Virus record (IMG/VR): IMGVR_UViG_3300024262_004288
Location: 1-52,182 of that record
DNA length: 52,182 nt
Strand: one strand, 5' to 3'
Origin: a virus
Lineage: Duplodnaviria; Caudoviricetes
This document shows positions 26,917 to 36,541 of this stretch, piece by piece. The position numbers and the translations under genes were made by a program. The notes under the pieces are model-generated. The model made no database searches. It was not told where the DNA came from and saw only the letters and a program-made list of their open reading frames with translations. Numbering within the stretch: position 1 is the stretch's first letter; each line of letters begins with the position of its first letter.

Positions 26917-28072
26917 GTGTGGGGAATGTGCTTGGTTAGAACAGAAATCTCGGGGCAAGACTTGCATTGACCGCGGTAAGTCAGCAGAAGATGATGCCTG
27001 CCCTGACTTTGAGGGAGCCAAGCCAGCTAGTAAAAATGCCGTGTTAATCACGGAGATGTCTGATACTGCCGGAGCTTATTTACTGATTTCTGGAGATGAA
27101 GCCAAGAAGGTTTACTCCAAACGTAAAGAGCTAACTACTCTGGGTTGGAAATGGTTTAAGAAGGATACCTATTGGTGGCACGATAAGCCAGCAGATCCTG
27201 TTGGGATCACGAATCTTCTAGAGGAACTAGAAGATATCAAGATCGAATATGATATAGGGTTCGAGTACGTAGCAGAGGACAAACCCTCTATCACTGTTAG
27301 CGAAGAGATCGGTGACATTGGTGGAATAGCTGAGAACAGTAATTGCTCTGATTGTCGTTTCTTCCGAGAGAGTGGTGCTTACCACAAAACGGACTCATGT
27401 CGGGATATGGGCAAGAAGCCTACTAATTATTGTCCGAAGTTTGAGTTAGAAGTTCGAATTGATATTGCCGATACTGGCATGGCCGAACATGAAAAGGTAA
27501 AACTAGATCACTTGGTTGATGATAAAGTTGCAATCGATGAAGAAGTAAAAGATATCAATCGTCGCTGGGAAGAGAACAAAGATGAGCTCATGACTTTCAT
27601 GTTGAGTCACGGCACGGTCACGGAGCCCAAAGAAACTTCCGTTCAAGGCGAAACTAATCCCGGGTCCCGGGTATTATTCAGCAATGGTTGGAAGGTCCTG
27701 CTTTCCTACGTTGCTAAAATGACATATAGTGAAGCTACTGCAATTAAGTATTGTACTGACCATAAACTAGATGCAGTTGCATCCAAACCAATTTTAGACT
27801 GGGATCGCTGGGAGGCCCTCCGCTTGGAGGGCAAGATTCCTAGTCAGGTAGTTAATAAGGTAGCCAAACCCAAACCACATTACACTCTAAGGTTGTTTGC
27901 AACTAAGGAGCAGGAGTGTCCTGCTTGCGGGCAAATTGTGGACAAGTCTTCTACTTTCTGTTCCCACTGTGGAACCAATATGAAAGAAAAAATTAAAGTA
28001 TGCTCCTCTTGTGGAGGCCAGCTCACGGTTAATATGGCATTCTGTGGGCAGTGTGGGACAAAGGCGGCTTAG
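26906..28072 (+). CDS. multi-domain Cys-rich protein with C-terminal double zinc ribbon
   Basis: Two CxxC...C...CP.F modules; CPACG..FCSHCG..CSSCG..FCGQCG; GAGGAGG SD, ATG 26906. Confidence 0.8.
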   Translation: MANKCGECAWLEQKSRGKTCIDRGKSAEDDACPDFEGAKPASKNAVLITEMSDTAGAYLLISGDEAKKVYSKRKELTTLGWKWFKKDTYWWHDKPADPVGITNLLEELEDIKIEYDIGFEYVAEDKPSITVSEEIGDIGGIAENSNCSDCRFFRESGAYHKTDSCRDMGKKPTNYCPKFELEVRIDIADTGMAEHEKVKLDHLVDDKVAIDEEVKDINRRWEENKDELMTFMLSHGTVTEPKETSVQGETNPGSRVLFSNGWKVLLSYVAKMTYSEATAIKYCTDHKLDAVASKPILDWDRWEALRLEGKIPSQVVNKVAKPKPHYTLRLFATKEQECPACGQIVDKSSTFCSHCGTNMKEKIKVCSSCGGQLTVNMAFCGQCGTKAA

Positions 28073-28281
28073 TGCGTGTTTTCGACCCCAAAGTTGCGAT
28101 ACCCCTTGCCTCTAAGGTCAAAATACTTTTGCAACTCCTTCCCGTAAAATTAGATATAAGTGTACCCGGTAACTCTGGTGCAATTATCTCTTTCAATGTT
28201 AGGTTAAAGGTAGAACCCATCGATATGGTCAATCCAGACACGAAACCTGCCGAAAAGAAAGAAGAGGAGAAGAGTGAGTAA
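28072..28281 (+). CDS. small hypothetical protein
   Basis: GTG overlapping the upstream TAG; fills the gap to the MoxR gene. Confidence 0.4.
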   Translation: MRVFDPKVAIPLASKVKILLQLLPVKLDISVPGNSGAIISFNVRLKVEPIDMVNPDTKPAEKKEEEKSE

Positions 28282-29494
28282 CATTTTGACAAAGATTGGC
28301 ATCATCGGTTGGGACGATTGCTCCGCAGTCGTGATGTCGGCATTGACCGCGAAGTTACCCATTTGCTTCGTGGGAGAACACGGCACGAATAAGACAGATG
28401 GTTCTGGTGAGATTGCTCGTGCAGTATTAGGTAATTGTCGTTTTACGAAATATGACGTTCCTCTCCTAAATATTGACGATCTTCTGGGATATCCCGATCC
28501 CTCTTCCTTGGCTGATCCAAAGAGCGAGGAAGTACGGTTCAAGGGTACGCCTACTTCAATTTGGAAATGTGATGCGGTCTTGTTCGATGAGATCAACCGC
28601 GCTTCCCCTTTCATTGGAGCAAAGTTGATTGAAGTCGTCCGCACCGGTAGGGTGATGGGTAAGCAGACGAACGTTCAATTAGTCTTTGCTGCAATCAATC
28701 CTCCAGACAAATATGATTCCGCCTTTATGGATTTGGCACAAGCCAGTCGATTCGTATATGTGAAGGTTCCATCCCTGGGACAAATGACTTCTTCCGAACA
28801 GCAGGCCATTCTGGATATGCATACTAGAGGATCTCATTCGACGGGTGCAGAATTTCTGGAGACTATTACCGAGGCCCGTAAGGTGATGGAGCAGTTCTCC
28901 TTGGAAGATTTGGCTACCACCAAGCATACGGTATTGAAATGTACACAAGTTATCAATACTCAAAAGAGGGGTATTATTTATAGTGCCAGACAAGCTCAGT
29001 ATTTGGTGAGGCTATTCCTGGCAGCACAGGCACTAAAAGTGGTAGACCCTAATTCCTACAATTGGTCGGATTCCGATTATTGTAGTCTGGTAGTGGCCAC
29101 TACTCCCGAAGTCAATGGCATTGTCCGTAAGATTGTTAATCCCGCAGATATCAGTGGTCCAATTCAGCAAGTATTGGTCGGTTTCAAACTGAACGATCCT
29201 TTGACAACAGCAAGGTCGTTGAGAGACTTGCTCAGGATCAGAATCTCCGATCAGATGGCCTGGGCAGGTACTACCAAGGAATTCATTGAAAAAGAAAAAG
29301 ATGGAGACATTTTACGCGAAGCGATACAGAATATTGTGGAGCGTCAGTCACGGGGTGATGTCGAGAAAGAACTCTGTAACAGCCTATGCAAGGCCGCCGC
29401 GGGCAAGTTGCTAACAACCGGAACATTGCAGGACTTCCCATTCTCCCTTCGTAATCTGAATGACGAAACGCTGAAAATGCTAGGAGTCAAATGA
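28274..29494 (+). CDS. MoxR-family AAA+ ATPase
   Basis: GEHGTNKT Walker A variant, DDLLGYP, LFDEINRA, AAINP, AQASRF. Confidence 0.85.
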   Translation: MSNILTKIGIIGWDDCSAVVMSALTAKLPICFVGEHGTNKTDGSGEIARAVLGNCRFTKYDVPLLNIDDLLGYPDPSSLADPKSEEVRFKGTPTSIWKCDAVLFDEINRASPFIGAKLIEVVRTGRVMGKQTNVQLVFAAINPPDKYDSAFMDLAQASRFVYVKVPSLGQMTSSEQQAILDMHTRGSHSTGAEFLETITEARKVMEQFSLEDLATTKHTVLKCTQVINTQKRGIIYSARQAQYLVRLFLAAQALKVVDPNSYNWSDSDYCSLVVATTPEVNGIVRKIVNPADISGPIQQVLVGFKLNDPLTTARSLRDLLRIRISDQMAWAGTTKEFIEKEKDGDILREAIQNIVERQSRGDVEKELCNSLCKAAAGKLLTTGTLQDFPFSLRNLNDETLKMLGVK

Positions 29495-29967
29495 GTTTTC
29501 ATCATATCAAAGTAGACTTGGGCGAGCCTTTCCGCAACTTGGCCCAAGACAAGGTTTGGCGATTCTTCGATCCCAAATCCGTCGTTAAGATTGCCAATAA
29601 AGATCTTCCTTGCAAGGAAGTTGGCCCAAAAGAGTCCGACGATCCCGAAAAAAGGGAACCTGATATCACTGAGGACGAAGTTCGTCAACTTATGGGATCT
29701 ACGATCATTGTCATTCATGTTGATGACTTGTTGTACATTATTGATCCAGCAGAAGACAATATTCGCTACTTCAATCAGGATGGCACTACTGATAGTGATT
29801 CTTGGGGACTATACCACGAGTATGGCATCTGTACTTTCTGTCCCGATCCCAGTAATTCGATACTTCATTCCTTTGTGGCCAATCCTTCCTGGATGGACAT
29901 ACAACAAATGGGCTTCGGTGACATTCTAAAAAATTATGTCATGGAGAATCTGGAATTCACTGATTAA
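29491..29967 (+). CDS. hypothetical protein
   Basis: ATGA-coupled, acidic 158 aa. Confidence 0.7.
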   Translation: MSFHHIKVDLGEPFRNLAQDKVWRFFDPKSVVKIANKDLPCKEVGPKESDDPEKREPDITEDEVRQLMGSTIIVIHVDDLLYIIDPAEDNIRYFNQDGTTDSDSWGLYHEYGICTFCPDPSNSILHSFVANPSWMDIQQMGFGDILKNYVMENLEFTD

Positions 29968-29968
29968 T

Positions 29969-31804
29969 ATGCTAAAAATTTCAGCGGAAGCGGCGGCTCG
30001 CACCCAGAGGCAGCAGATAGATAAGATCAAAAGGCTTCTGCTGAGCGATCGTCCCCATGAAGCAGCATCTGCACTATACATGCTACTATTTAATCGTACC
30101 ACATTACGAGTATGGGAATTGGCTGTCGCGGACGGTAGTCGACTGCCACAGATACTAAACTATCTACGTAGGATAGAATTCAAGAATAAAGGAGTACCCA
30201 CCGCAGGAGTGAATCTACGAACGGGTCTACTAGTAATTGGTAGTAAGTTCTTTGTTGACTTTATCGAAGACACCTTCGATATCTTCTGGTTGCTTTTGCA
30301 TGAACGCAATCATGTGATTATTCGCGATATTTTAGATCTGCCCGTTCCTTCAATGACACATTCATTGATTAACTTTGCAGAAGATGCTTATATTAATGCC
30401 GTTGCTCGCAAGCAGATTCCATCGGGGATGCCCGAGCGATTTTACGCAGATCAACGGATACTAGAAAAGATATTAGCCGAAGCCCAGAAAGAAAAGGGTG
30501 AGGAAGAATTAACTGAAGAAGAAAAACAGGTGCTAGAAGAGCGTATGTCTCGACTGCATCAAATGTTAACTACGCGCTCTGATATTGTCAGTGAAGTCGT
30601 GCGTGAGCCCTTCGCTTTAACAGATCGAGTTAAGATTTCTGATAGTCTTTGTGATGCCTTAGTTGGTGCTCATCATGCACTTTACAAGGATACCGTTGTA
30701 GGTAAACAATACTTTGATAATAATCCCTTCACTCCTAATGGTGGTCATTATTACGCTGACTACGGCGCTTGGATGAAGGCATTTTACGAATGGTGGCGTA
30801 AACTAAACGATGAGGCTAAGAAGCAGTTTGAGAAAGTGCTAGCTCAACTTCCTCCACTAGTTAAAAGTGGATCTTGTCAAAATCAGCATGGAGATTATGG
30901 CCCGGAATTCGATATACCGGGAATGAATGAAGGACAAGGAGGAGAAGATCCGAAGGAGCCCGGAGAGGAAGACTTCGATCCCGATGCCTTTGAAGATCAA
31001 TATGACATTCCGGAGCAGAAGAAAGAAGACATCCCCATTAAAACAGCTGAAGATTGCGGTGACGATGAGACACACGGCAATGGTGTGTCTCATCAAGGAC
31101 GCGATATTCAAGGACATCCATTCCAATCAGTCAAGCCTTGTTCCTTTGAGCATGGCCTATTAAGCAGTACTTTCGATCAGCAAGATGATGCCCGCAACTT
31201 CGGTTCCATGATGAGCGCTATTAGTTCCACTAACTTGGATAAGATTGGGGAAGTCTGTGGAACTATCCTTAGTCTTCGTTCCGTGGAATCAATAATGGAG
31301 GGATCGACCTTTTATCCTCCTAGTAGTTTGAGTCGTCGCGATCTGGCCTTGCTTGCTTGCGGCCACACCCCCGTACTCTATCGCTTTGGTCTGGGTATTA
31401 CTCAGCCGCGACTAAAAGTCTACATGGATGTTAGTGGATCCATGCATGCTTATTTACCCTACATTCCTTTTATCTCCGAACAACTAAAAGAACATGCTGA
31501 TCGCTTCTTCCAGTTTTCCACCGAGCTAGTAGAAGTTGACGCGGATGAGAAATATTATTATTCAACCGGTGGAACACGATATGATATTGTAGCAAAGCAC
31601 ATTTTGCGAAATAGCTTTAGATCTGTCATCATTGTTACAGATGAGACGGATAGTATCAGCCCCGAGTTGAAAGAGCAGTTAAAAGTCAATGTTGAGGAGC
31701 TATATCTTGTGGTTACACCTTGCGGTTGGGGCGATAATAGCCGAGGTTTCACCGCTTTGGCTACACATCTTTCCAAGATTACCGACACTGAACAATGCGA
31801 TTAA
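29969..31804 (+). CDS. VWA-domain protein with HExxH metallopeptidase-like N-domain (DUF2201-like)
   Basis: LLHERNH, NFAEDAYIN, acidic linker, MIDAS DVSGSM...TGGT...VTD. Confidence 0.8.
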   Translation: MLKISAEAAARTQRQQIDKIKRLLLSDRPHEAASALYMLLFNRTTLRVWELAVADGSRLPQILNYLRRIEFKNKGVPTAGVNLRTGLLVIGSKFFVDFIEDTFDIFWLLLHERNHVIIRDILDLPVPSMTHSLINFAEDAYINAVARKQIPSGMPERFYADQRILEKILAEAQKEKGEEELTEEEKQVLEERMSRLHQMLTTRSDIVSEVVREPFALTDRVKISDSLCDALVGAHHALYKDTVVGKQYFDNNPFTPNGGHYYADYGAWMKAFYEWWRKLNDEAKKQFEKVLAQLPPLVKSGSCQNQHGDYGPEFDIPGMNEGQGGEDPKEPGEEDFDPDAFEDQYDIPEQKKEDIPIKTAEDCGDDETHGNGVSHQGRDIQGHPFQSVKPCSFEHGLLSSTFDQQDDARNFGSMMSAISSTNLDKIGEVCGTILSLRSVESIMEGSTFYPPSSLSRRDLALLACGHTPVLYRFGLGITQPRLKVYMDVSGSMHAYLPYIPFISEQLKEHADRFFQFSTELVEVDADEKYYYSTGGTRYDIVAKHILRNSFRSVIIVTDETDSISPELKEQLKVNVEELYLVVTPCGWGDNSRGFTALATHLSKITDTEQCD

Positions 31805-31831
31805 AAACATAAAACCCGTAAAAAGAGAAGT

Positions 31832-33223
31832 ATGAATGGTGTAGATTTAACTGAATTACTTCGGCGTGTCATAAAACTTGTGCATAAGCACATTAAAAAG
31901 GAGACTGCATCTCTTACAACGTTTGCAGTTCCAGATGATATGCTGGACATTTTGGAATTACTTGAGAACTCTTTCGAGTTCATTCATATGACTGATTCTC
32001 ATTATTTATATAGGCAGCCGGGGGTTGGGGATATAGACTTACATCTGGCCGACGGAATCGGAACGTTCGAGTTGCGACTCCGAAAAGTCCTTCCACCCGA
32101 ACTTCAACTCGAACTAGATAAGCAATTAGAGATTTGGCGGGGGCCGGAATTTTCCGATTCCCTACTCAGTCTATCCCCCCGATCATTTATTATCGAATAC
32201 ATCACACAACAGCAGTCCGGCCCACATAACGAGCTATTCCGAATCCATCGTGAACTCGTGTGGGACTATCTAAACAAAGAGCTACACAAAGAGGAGAGCT
32301 CAGAAACCATGTCGACCGCAATCACTCTACACAAGACCGAAGACAAAGATGGAAAGTACCTCCAGACCGACAAGGGACTGGCGGACAATGACGACGTCGT
32401 GAAGGCGCTCGAAGCAAGCGGCTTCGCGGTCTACGGCAAGCAGAAGCGGGCTCAGCTCTGGTGGATCGCGCGTCCCGAAGAGGACAAGGGTATCGCTACC
32501 CTGGTCAAGACGCTGAAGAAGGCTGGCGTCGAGGCCACCCTCGAGGAGCCGCCCGTTGCCAAGAAGCGGGGTCGTCCGACGAAGGACGATGAGGCCAAGG
32601 ACGATGAGGCCAAGGCCGAAGCCGCGCCGGAGCCCGAGGTGGAAACCAAGGAGCCCGAGGTGGAAACCAAGGCCGTCGAGTCCAAGGTGGAGTCCGCCGC
32701 TGCCGAACCAGAAGTCGTCGAGCCCGAGGCCAAGCCCATCGAGAAGGCCAATGGCGAGGTCATCCGTCTCTCCCGTGACACCTCCGGCAAGGAGGACTTC
32801 CTCTTCACGACCAATGACCCCGAGGATCTCAAGGACATCCTAGGAGTCCTGGAAGCGGCAGGATTCTCCCACTTCGAGAAGGATTACAAGAAGGCTCCGA
32901 AGGCCGACTACTGGTGGATTCAGACCCCCGAGAACGTCGGAGTGCTGATGACTCAGCTTCAGGAGCTGGGCACCGCGCCGGAGCTCGAAGGCTTCGCCGC
33001 CGGAAAGGCCGCGAAGGAGATTCTGCAGACCCTATTCGATGCCGCCGGCGTCAAGGCCCACATCAAAGGCAAGCTGTCGGATCCCACGGCCGAGATGAAT
33101 GGTGTGACGGTCGCGGTTCAGGAAAGTGGCTTCTTCAGTGTTGCCATCAAGACCGAGATCAACACGGCAACTACCAATATCGATGCCGTCGCGGAGTTCC
33201 TTCGCGTGGCTTCGGGCCTGTAG
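31832..33223 (+). CDS. hypothetical protein; major start probably the internal ATG 32309
   Basis: GAGGAG SD at 32291 and an abrupt switch to GC-rich codons at 32309; two similar ...LEAxGF...WWI domains and an acidic repeat linker. Confidence 0.7.
   Translation: MNGVDLTELLRRVIKLVHKHIKKETASLTTFAVPDDMLDILELLENSFEFIHMTDSHYLYRQPGVGDIDLHLADGIGTFELRLRKVLPPELQLELDKQLEIWRGPEFSDSLLSLSPRSFIIEYITQQQSGPHNELFRIHRELVWDYLNKELHKEESSETMSTAITLHKTEDKDGKYLQTDKGLADNDDVVKALEASGFAVYGKQKRAQLWWIARPEEDKGIATLVKTLKKAGVEATLEEPPVAKKRGRPTKDDEAKDDEAKAEAAPEPEVETKEPEVETKAVESKVESAAAEPEVVEPEAKPIEKANGEVIRLSRDTSGKEDFLFTTNDPEDLKDILGVLEAAGFSHFEKDYKKAPKADYWWIQTPENVGVLMTQLQELGTAPELEGFAAGKAAKEILQTLFDAAGVKAHIKGKLSDPTAEMNGVTVAVQESGFFSVAIKTEINTATTNIDAVAEFLRVASGL
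32022..32267 (+). ncRNA. structured RNA element embedded in the ORF / leader of the 32309 start
   Basis: Two perfect 10-bp nested stems, a closing stem and an 8-bp crossing pair. Confidence 0.55.
32582..32671 (+). repeat. in-frame tandem duplications (15 bp x2, 21 bp x2)
   Basis: AAGGACGATGAGGCC x2; GGAGCCCGAGGTGGAAACCAA x2. Confidence 0.9.
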
Positions 33224-33249
33224 ACTCGATCCGTAAATAGAAGATGGAG

Positions 33250-33276
33250 GCCTCGCCAGGAATTGCCTGGCGGGGC
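33250..33276 (+). terminator. GC-rich hairpin after the 32309 gene
   Basis: GCCTCGCCAGG-AATTG-CCTGGCGGGGC. Confidence 0.5.
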
Positions 33277-33289
33277 ACCCCATCAACCT

Positions 33290-33886
33290 ATGACCAATCA
33301 AACAAGAGAAGCATTTGATGCTATTTTAACTCTGCGGGAAGTTGTTGATGCTAAAACCGCAGAGCTGGAAGAGCAAATTTTAATCCCTTGCAAACGTGGG
33401 TGTTCTCGTTGCTGTTACCAGCCGATTAGTTTGTACCTAGTCGAATACCTTCTAATCAGGGAATCTTGTCGCCAGCTAAAACGGGACAAATGGTTAAGAG
33501 TTTTATCGCAAGCTGAAAAGGCTTGCCGTAAAATAGATAAGTTTATACAAGTAAATAGATTGTCAGAGTCTACAGCGGATATGCACCGCTTAGAATTAGA
33601 ATGTGAAATTCGTTGTCCTTTCCTATTTCATAACGACTGTATGATTTATGAGTATAGACCTATTTGTTGCCGTGTTTATGGTTGGCCTCAATCTTTAGGT
33701 GATGGATCGTTCTTTGGTTGCGCTTGGATCGAGGGCCCAACAAAAGTAGATATCTCCATCTCGATGGAAGCCTACATTGGAATTCAAAGCGATGCAAATA
33801 AAAGATTACACCAATCCTCAAGAATCCACGCCCCTTCCGTTTCACTGCTTCCACAATACTTGCGAGACTTGCCAGATGATTCATAA
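33290..33886 (+). CDS. YkgJ-family cysteine-cluster protein
   Basis: PCKRGCSRCC...CPFL...CMIYEYRPICCRVYG; ATG 33290 preferred because the TTG lies in a hairpin. Confidence 0.85.
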   Translation: MTNQTREAFDAILTLREVVDAKTAELEEQILIPCKRGCSRCCYQPISLYLVEYLLIRESCRQLKRDKWLRVLSQAEKACRKIDKFIQVNRLSESTADMHRLELECEIRCPFLFHNDCMIYEYRPICCRVYGWPQSLGDGSFFGCAWIEGPTKVDISISMEAYIGIQSDANKRLHQSSRIHAPSVSLLPQYLRDLPDDS

Positions 33887-35195
33887 AGCTTTCGATGCCC
33901 TTGCCTTGTTAGAGGCGGACAATAGTCGTAACGCTAAACTGGCAGTGCTAAGGGACCAAAAAGACAATAGCGTCCTTAAGCGAATATTCCAGTTAGCCTA
34001 CGATTGGATGACGCCTTACAATATTGCTCAATTAGAGAAAACCACTCCTATGGATATGCCTAGTGTTGGAGAGTGGTGTATGGCGGCCAGCTTCAAGGAG
34101 TTCGAAGAATTACTGACTGCCTTGAATAAGCGAACAATTACGGGGAATGTTGCTCGCGAACAGGTTAGCTCATTTCTATCTTCAGTATCTCCTATTGAGC
34201 ATATGTGGTATCAACGGATATTACTTCGAGACTTGCGAGTAGGGGCTAAGGAAGGAACCTTCCTCAAGGTCTGGCCGAATTTAATTGCGCAATGGGATAT
34301 CATGCTTGCGGATACTTACAAAAATCAAGCATTGACTTATCCTCTTATTGTTGAGCCCAAATTAGATGGCGTACGTATTACTATTGTCGTTAAAGACGGC
34401 AAGGGTATCGCTATGACGCGTGGCCGTCAAGATCACAGCGAACGCATGTCGCATATTATCGATCAGATTACTGCAGTTGTTCCCGGTGATAATGTTTGGG
34501 ATGGAGAATTCTTTTTCGAAACTTGGAATAAATCCATTTCGATTCTTCGTTCCAAAACAATGACACCAGCAAAAATCGCAGATTTGGCCAAGGCAAAGTT
34601 CCACTTGTTTGATTGTCTGTCCCTGGAGGAATTCAAGGCAGGCGTTAGCAAGTCTCCTTTGACCGAGAGGCGGAAGACAATTGAACGTGTCTTGGCTTAT
34701 TGGAAAGATCCTGCTAACTGGGCAGTCGGTACACCCAGAACTATTAACTTGACGGGTGTTGATCAGCATTGGGCCAAGACTGAGGAAGAGGTCATGGAAT
34801 ATTACGACCTTTTCTTAGAACAAGGTTTCGAGGGGATCATGATCAAAGATCCCCGTGGCTTATATGTCTGCAAGCGAGGGGATGCTTGGTTAAAGTATAA
34901 ACCGGAAGAAACTATTGATCTTGAGATCGTCAGAGTCAATCTAGGTAACGGTCGTCATTCGGGCCGTTTGGGTGCCTTCGATTGTCTGACCGTGGATGGG
35001 GAAGAAGTTCGTGTTGGTGGAGGATTCTCCGACCAGCAAAGAGATGAGTTTTGGGCGAAGCGAGGCGAATTGCTTGGTACAATTATTGAAGCTAAGCAGC
35101 AAAAAGAAAAAGTTAAAGTTGCTAAAGCTAGATTTCCAATATTTAAGTGTATAAGATATGATAGAGCCAAGTTTGAATTTTCTGCGAGGACTTGA
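33876..35195 (+). CDS. ATP-dependent DNA ligase (T4 gp30-like, with N-terminal domain)
   Basis: SRNAK..L, MLA, EPKLDGVR, WDGE, FDCL, EGIMIK, WLKYK, VGGGFSD, RFPIF. Confidence 0.92.
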   Translation: MIHKAFDALALLEADNSRNAKLAVLRDQKDNSVLKRIFQLAYDWMTPYNIAQLEKTTPMDMPSVGEWCMAASFKEFEELLTALNKRTITGNVAREQVSSFLSSVSPIEHMWYQRILLRDLRVGAKEGTFLKVWPNLIAQWDIMLADTYKNQALTYPLIVEPKLDGVRITIVVKDGKGIAMTRGRQDHSERMSHIIDQITAVVPGDNVWDGEFFFETWNKSISILRSKTMTPAKIADLAKAKFHLFDCLSLEEFKAGVSKSPLTERRKTIERVLAYWKDPANWAVGTPRTINLTGVDQHWAKTEEEVMEYYDLFLEQGFEGIMIKDPRGLYVCKRGDAWLKYKPEETIDLEIVRVNLGNGRHSGRLGAFDCLTVDGEEVRVGGGFSDQQRDEFWAKRGELLGTIIEAKQQKEKVKVAKARFPIFKCIRYDRAKFEFSART

Positions 35196-35587
35196 TGGCA
35201 TTTCATCTACAGGTTGTAGCGGAACGAAGAAAAAAGTTCCGCTTCCTAGTACGAGGAGAAGCATTCGATAAACGCGTTGTTGATTTTATTGCGCAGAATC
35301 TTGGCATGGAAACGACGATTGCACAAATTATCGAACTTGCGCGAGTAGACCATGGAACCTGGCTACCGGAGATCGGTAAAATAACAAGGTCAATTGCTAG
35401 ACAATATGGGGCAGAAGTTCCCGTAGGAAATGCTAATTATCAGGGGAAAATAATTTCTCCCTTAGTGTTTGATCTATCAACAGTTTTACTTTGCACCAAT
35501 TGCGGGCGTGTAGGCTCTGCGGAATGTCTCGCAGAAGGCTTCCTAGTAGATAGTCCCGCCTGTGCATATCATCGAACAAGGAGATGA
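35192..35587 (+). CDS. hypothetical protein with C-terminal Cys/His cluster
   Basis: CTNC...C...CAYH. Confidence 0.65.
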   Translation: MMAFHLQVVAERRKKFRFLVRGEAFDKRVVDFIAQNLGMETTIAQIIELARVDHGTWLPEIGKITRSIARQYGAEVPVGNANYQGKIISPLVFDLSTVLLCTNCGRVGSAECLAEGFLVDSPACAYHRTRR

Positions 35588-36528
35588 TAATGGCTAAGCA
35601 GAAGATATTTTATTGTAAGTGCAGCGACTGCATTTGGTGGAACCTTGTTGAGTGGAGGAAGTCCACTTGTGAAGGACGCCACAAGGATGGTAAGCTAACA
35701 GGAGTTGATCCTGACTTGGGTTGCAGCAATTTCAAACTGATTTCCTCTACCGTATTCTGCAGAGATTGCGCCGGCTTCGATGAGAAACCCCATCGCGGCA
35801 AGACATGCAAGGATCGGGGGTTTGATCCCAATACTCCCGTCACTGAAGTGGCCGATCGTCCTTGCCGTAGCAAGTCGAATGAAGATGGTCGCTTCGAGCA
35901 GAAGCTTGCCGTTAATATTGTCGACAATACGGACTTCTTCTATGATGGAGCCTTGGCGACAGTGGTCGTTTGTAAAAACCCACAGCCGGTGTGCATCAAG
36001 ATGGGATCTTCCGCACTGGTGGTCGTCCCACAGCGGGTGGATGATGACATCAGATTTAAGGCTTGCTTCTTCGACATGTCCAGCGAGCCTGCTGGTTGTG
36101 TTCCAATAATCATTGATGGTGCTTCGGGGCCTGTGGTCGTGACACCAGAACCCGTAGTGTCTTCGGAAGCCCCTGGACCCGTAGTCGAGGCATCTGAGGA
36201 GCCCGAGGTCGAGCCAGAGCCTGAAGTCGCGCCCGAGGTCGAGCCAGAGCCTGAAGTCGCGCCCGAGGTCGAGCCAGAGCCTGAAGTCGCGCCCGAGGTT
36301 GAGACTACCCCCGCGGTGGCTGTAGAGCCCGAAGAAGAAGAAGGATTTCCTTCCTGGCTAGATGCCAAGAAATTCAAGGACACCGTTACTCAGATGAAGG
36401 ATCTGATCGGTAAGGGTGTTCCCGGGGCGAAGGCGGTCAATCGCATGGTTCGTCTCTTCGCCACTGAGAATAGCATTGATGACGGCCAGCAGGACAAGCT
36501 ATCGGAGCTACTACTGGCCGAGCAGTAG
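35584..36528 (+). CDS. Cys-rich protein with Pro/Glu repeat linker
   Basis: CSDC...C...C and CRDC..RGKTCKDRG modules; PEVEPEPEVA repeats. Confidence 0.75.
   Translation: MIMAKQKIFYCKCSDCIWWNLVEWRKSTCEGRHKDGKLTGVDPDLGCSNFKLISSTVFCRDCAGFDEKPHRGKTCKDRGFDPNTPVTEVADRPCRSKSNEDGRFEQKLAVNIVDNTDFFYDGALATVVVCKNPQPVCIKMGSSALVVVPQRVDDDIRFKACFFDMSSEPAGCVPIIIDGASGPVVVTPEPVVSSEAPGPVVEASEEPEVEPEPEVAPEVEPEPEVAPEVEPEPEVAPEVETTPAVAVEPEEEEGFPSWLDAKKFKDTVTQMKDLIGKGVPGAKAVNRMVRLFATENSIDDGQQDKLSELLLAEQ
36201..36299 (+). repeat. 30-bp tandem repeat x3.3 (coding)
   Basis: GCCCGAGGTCGAGCCAGAGCCTGAAGTCGC repeated exactly. Confidence 0.95.
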
Positions 36529-36541
36529 AAAGTAAACGAGG

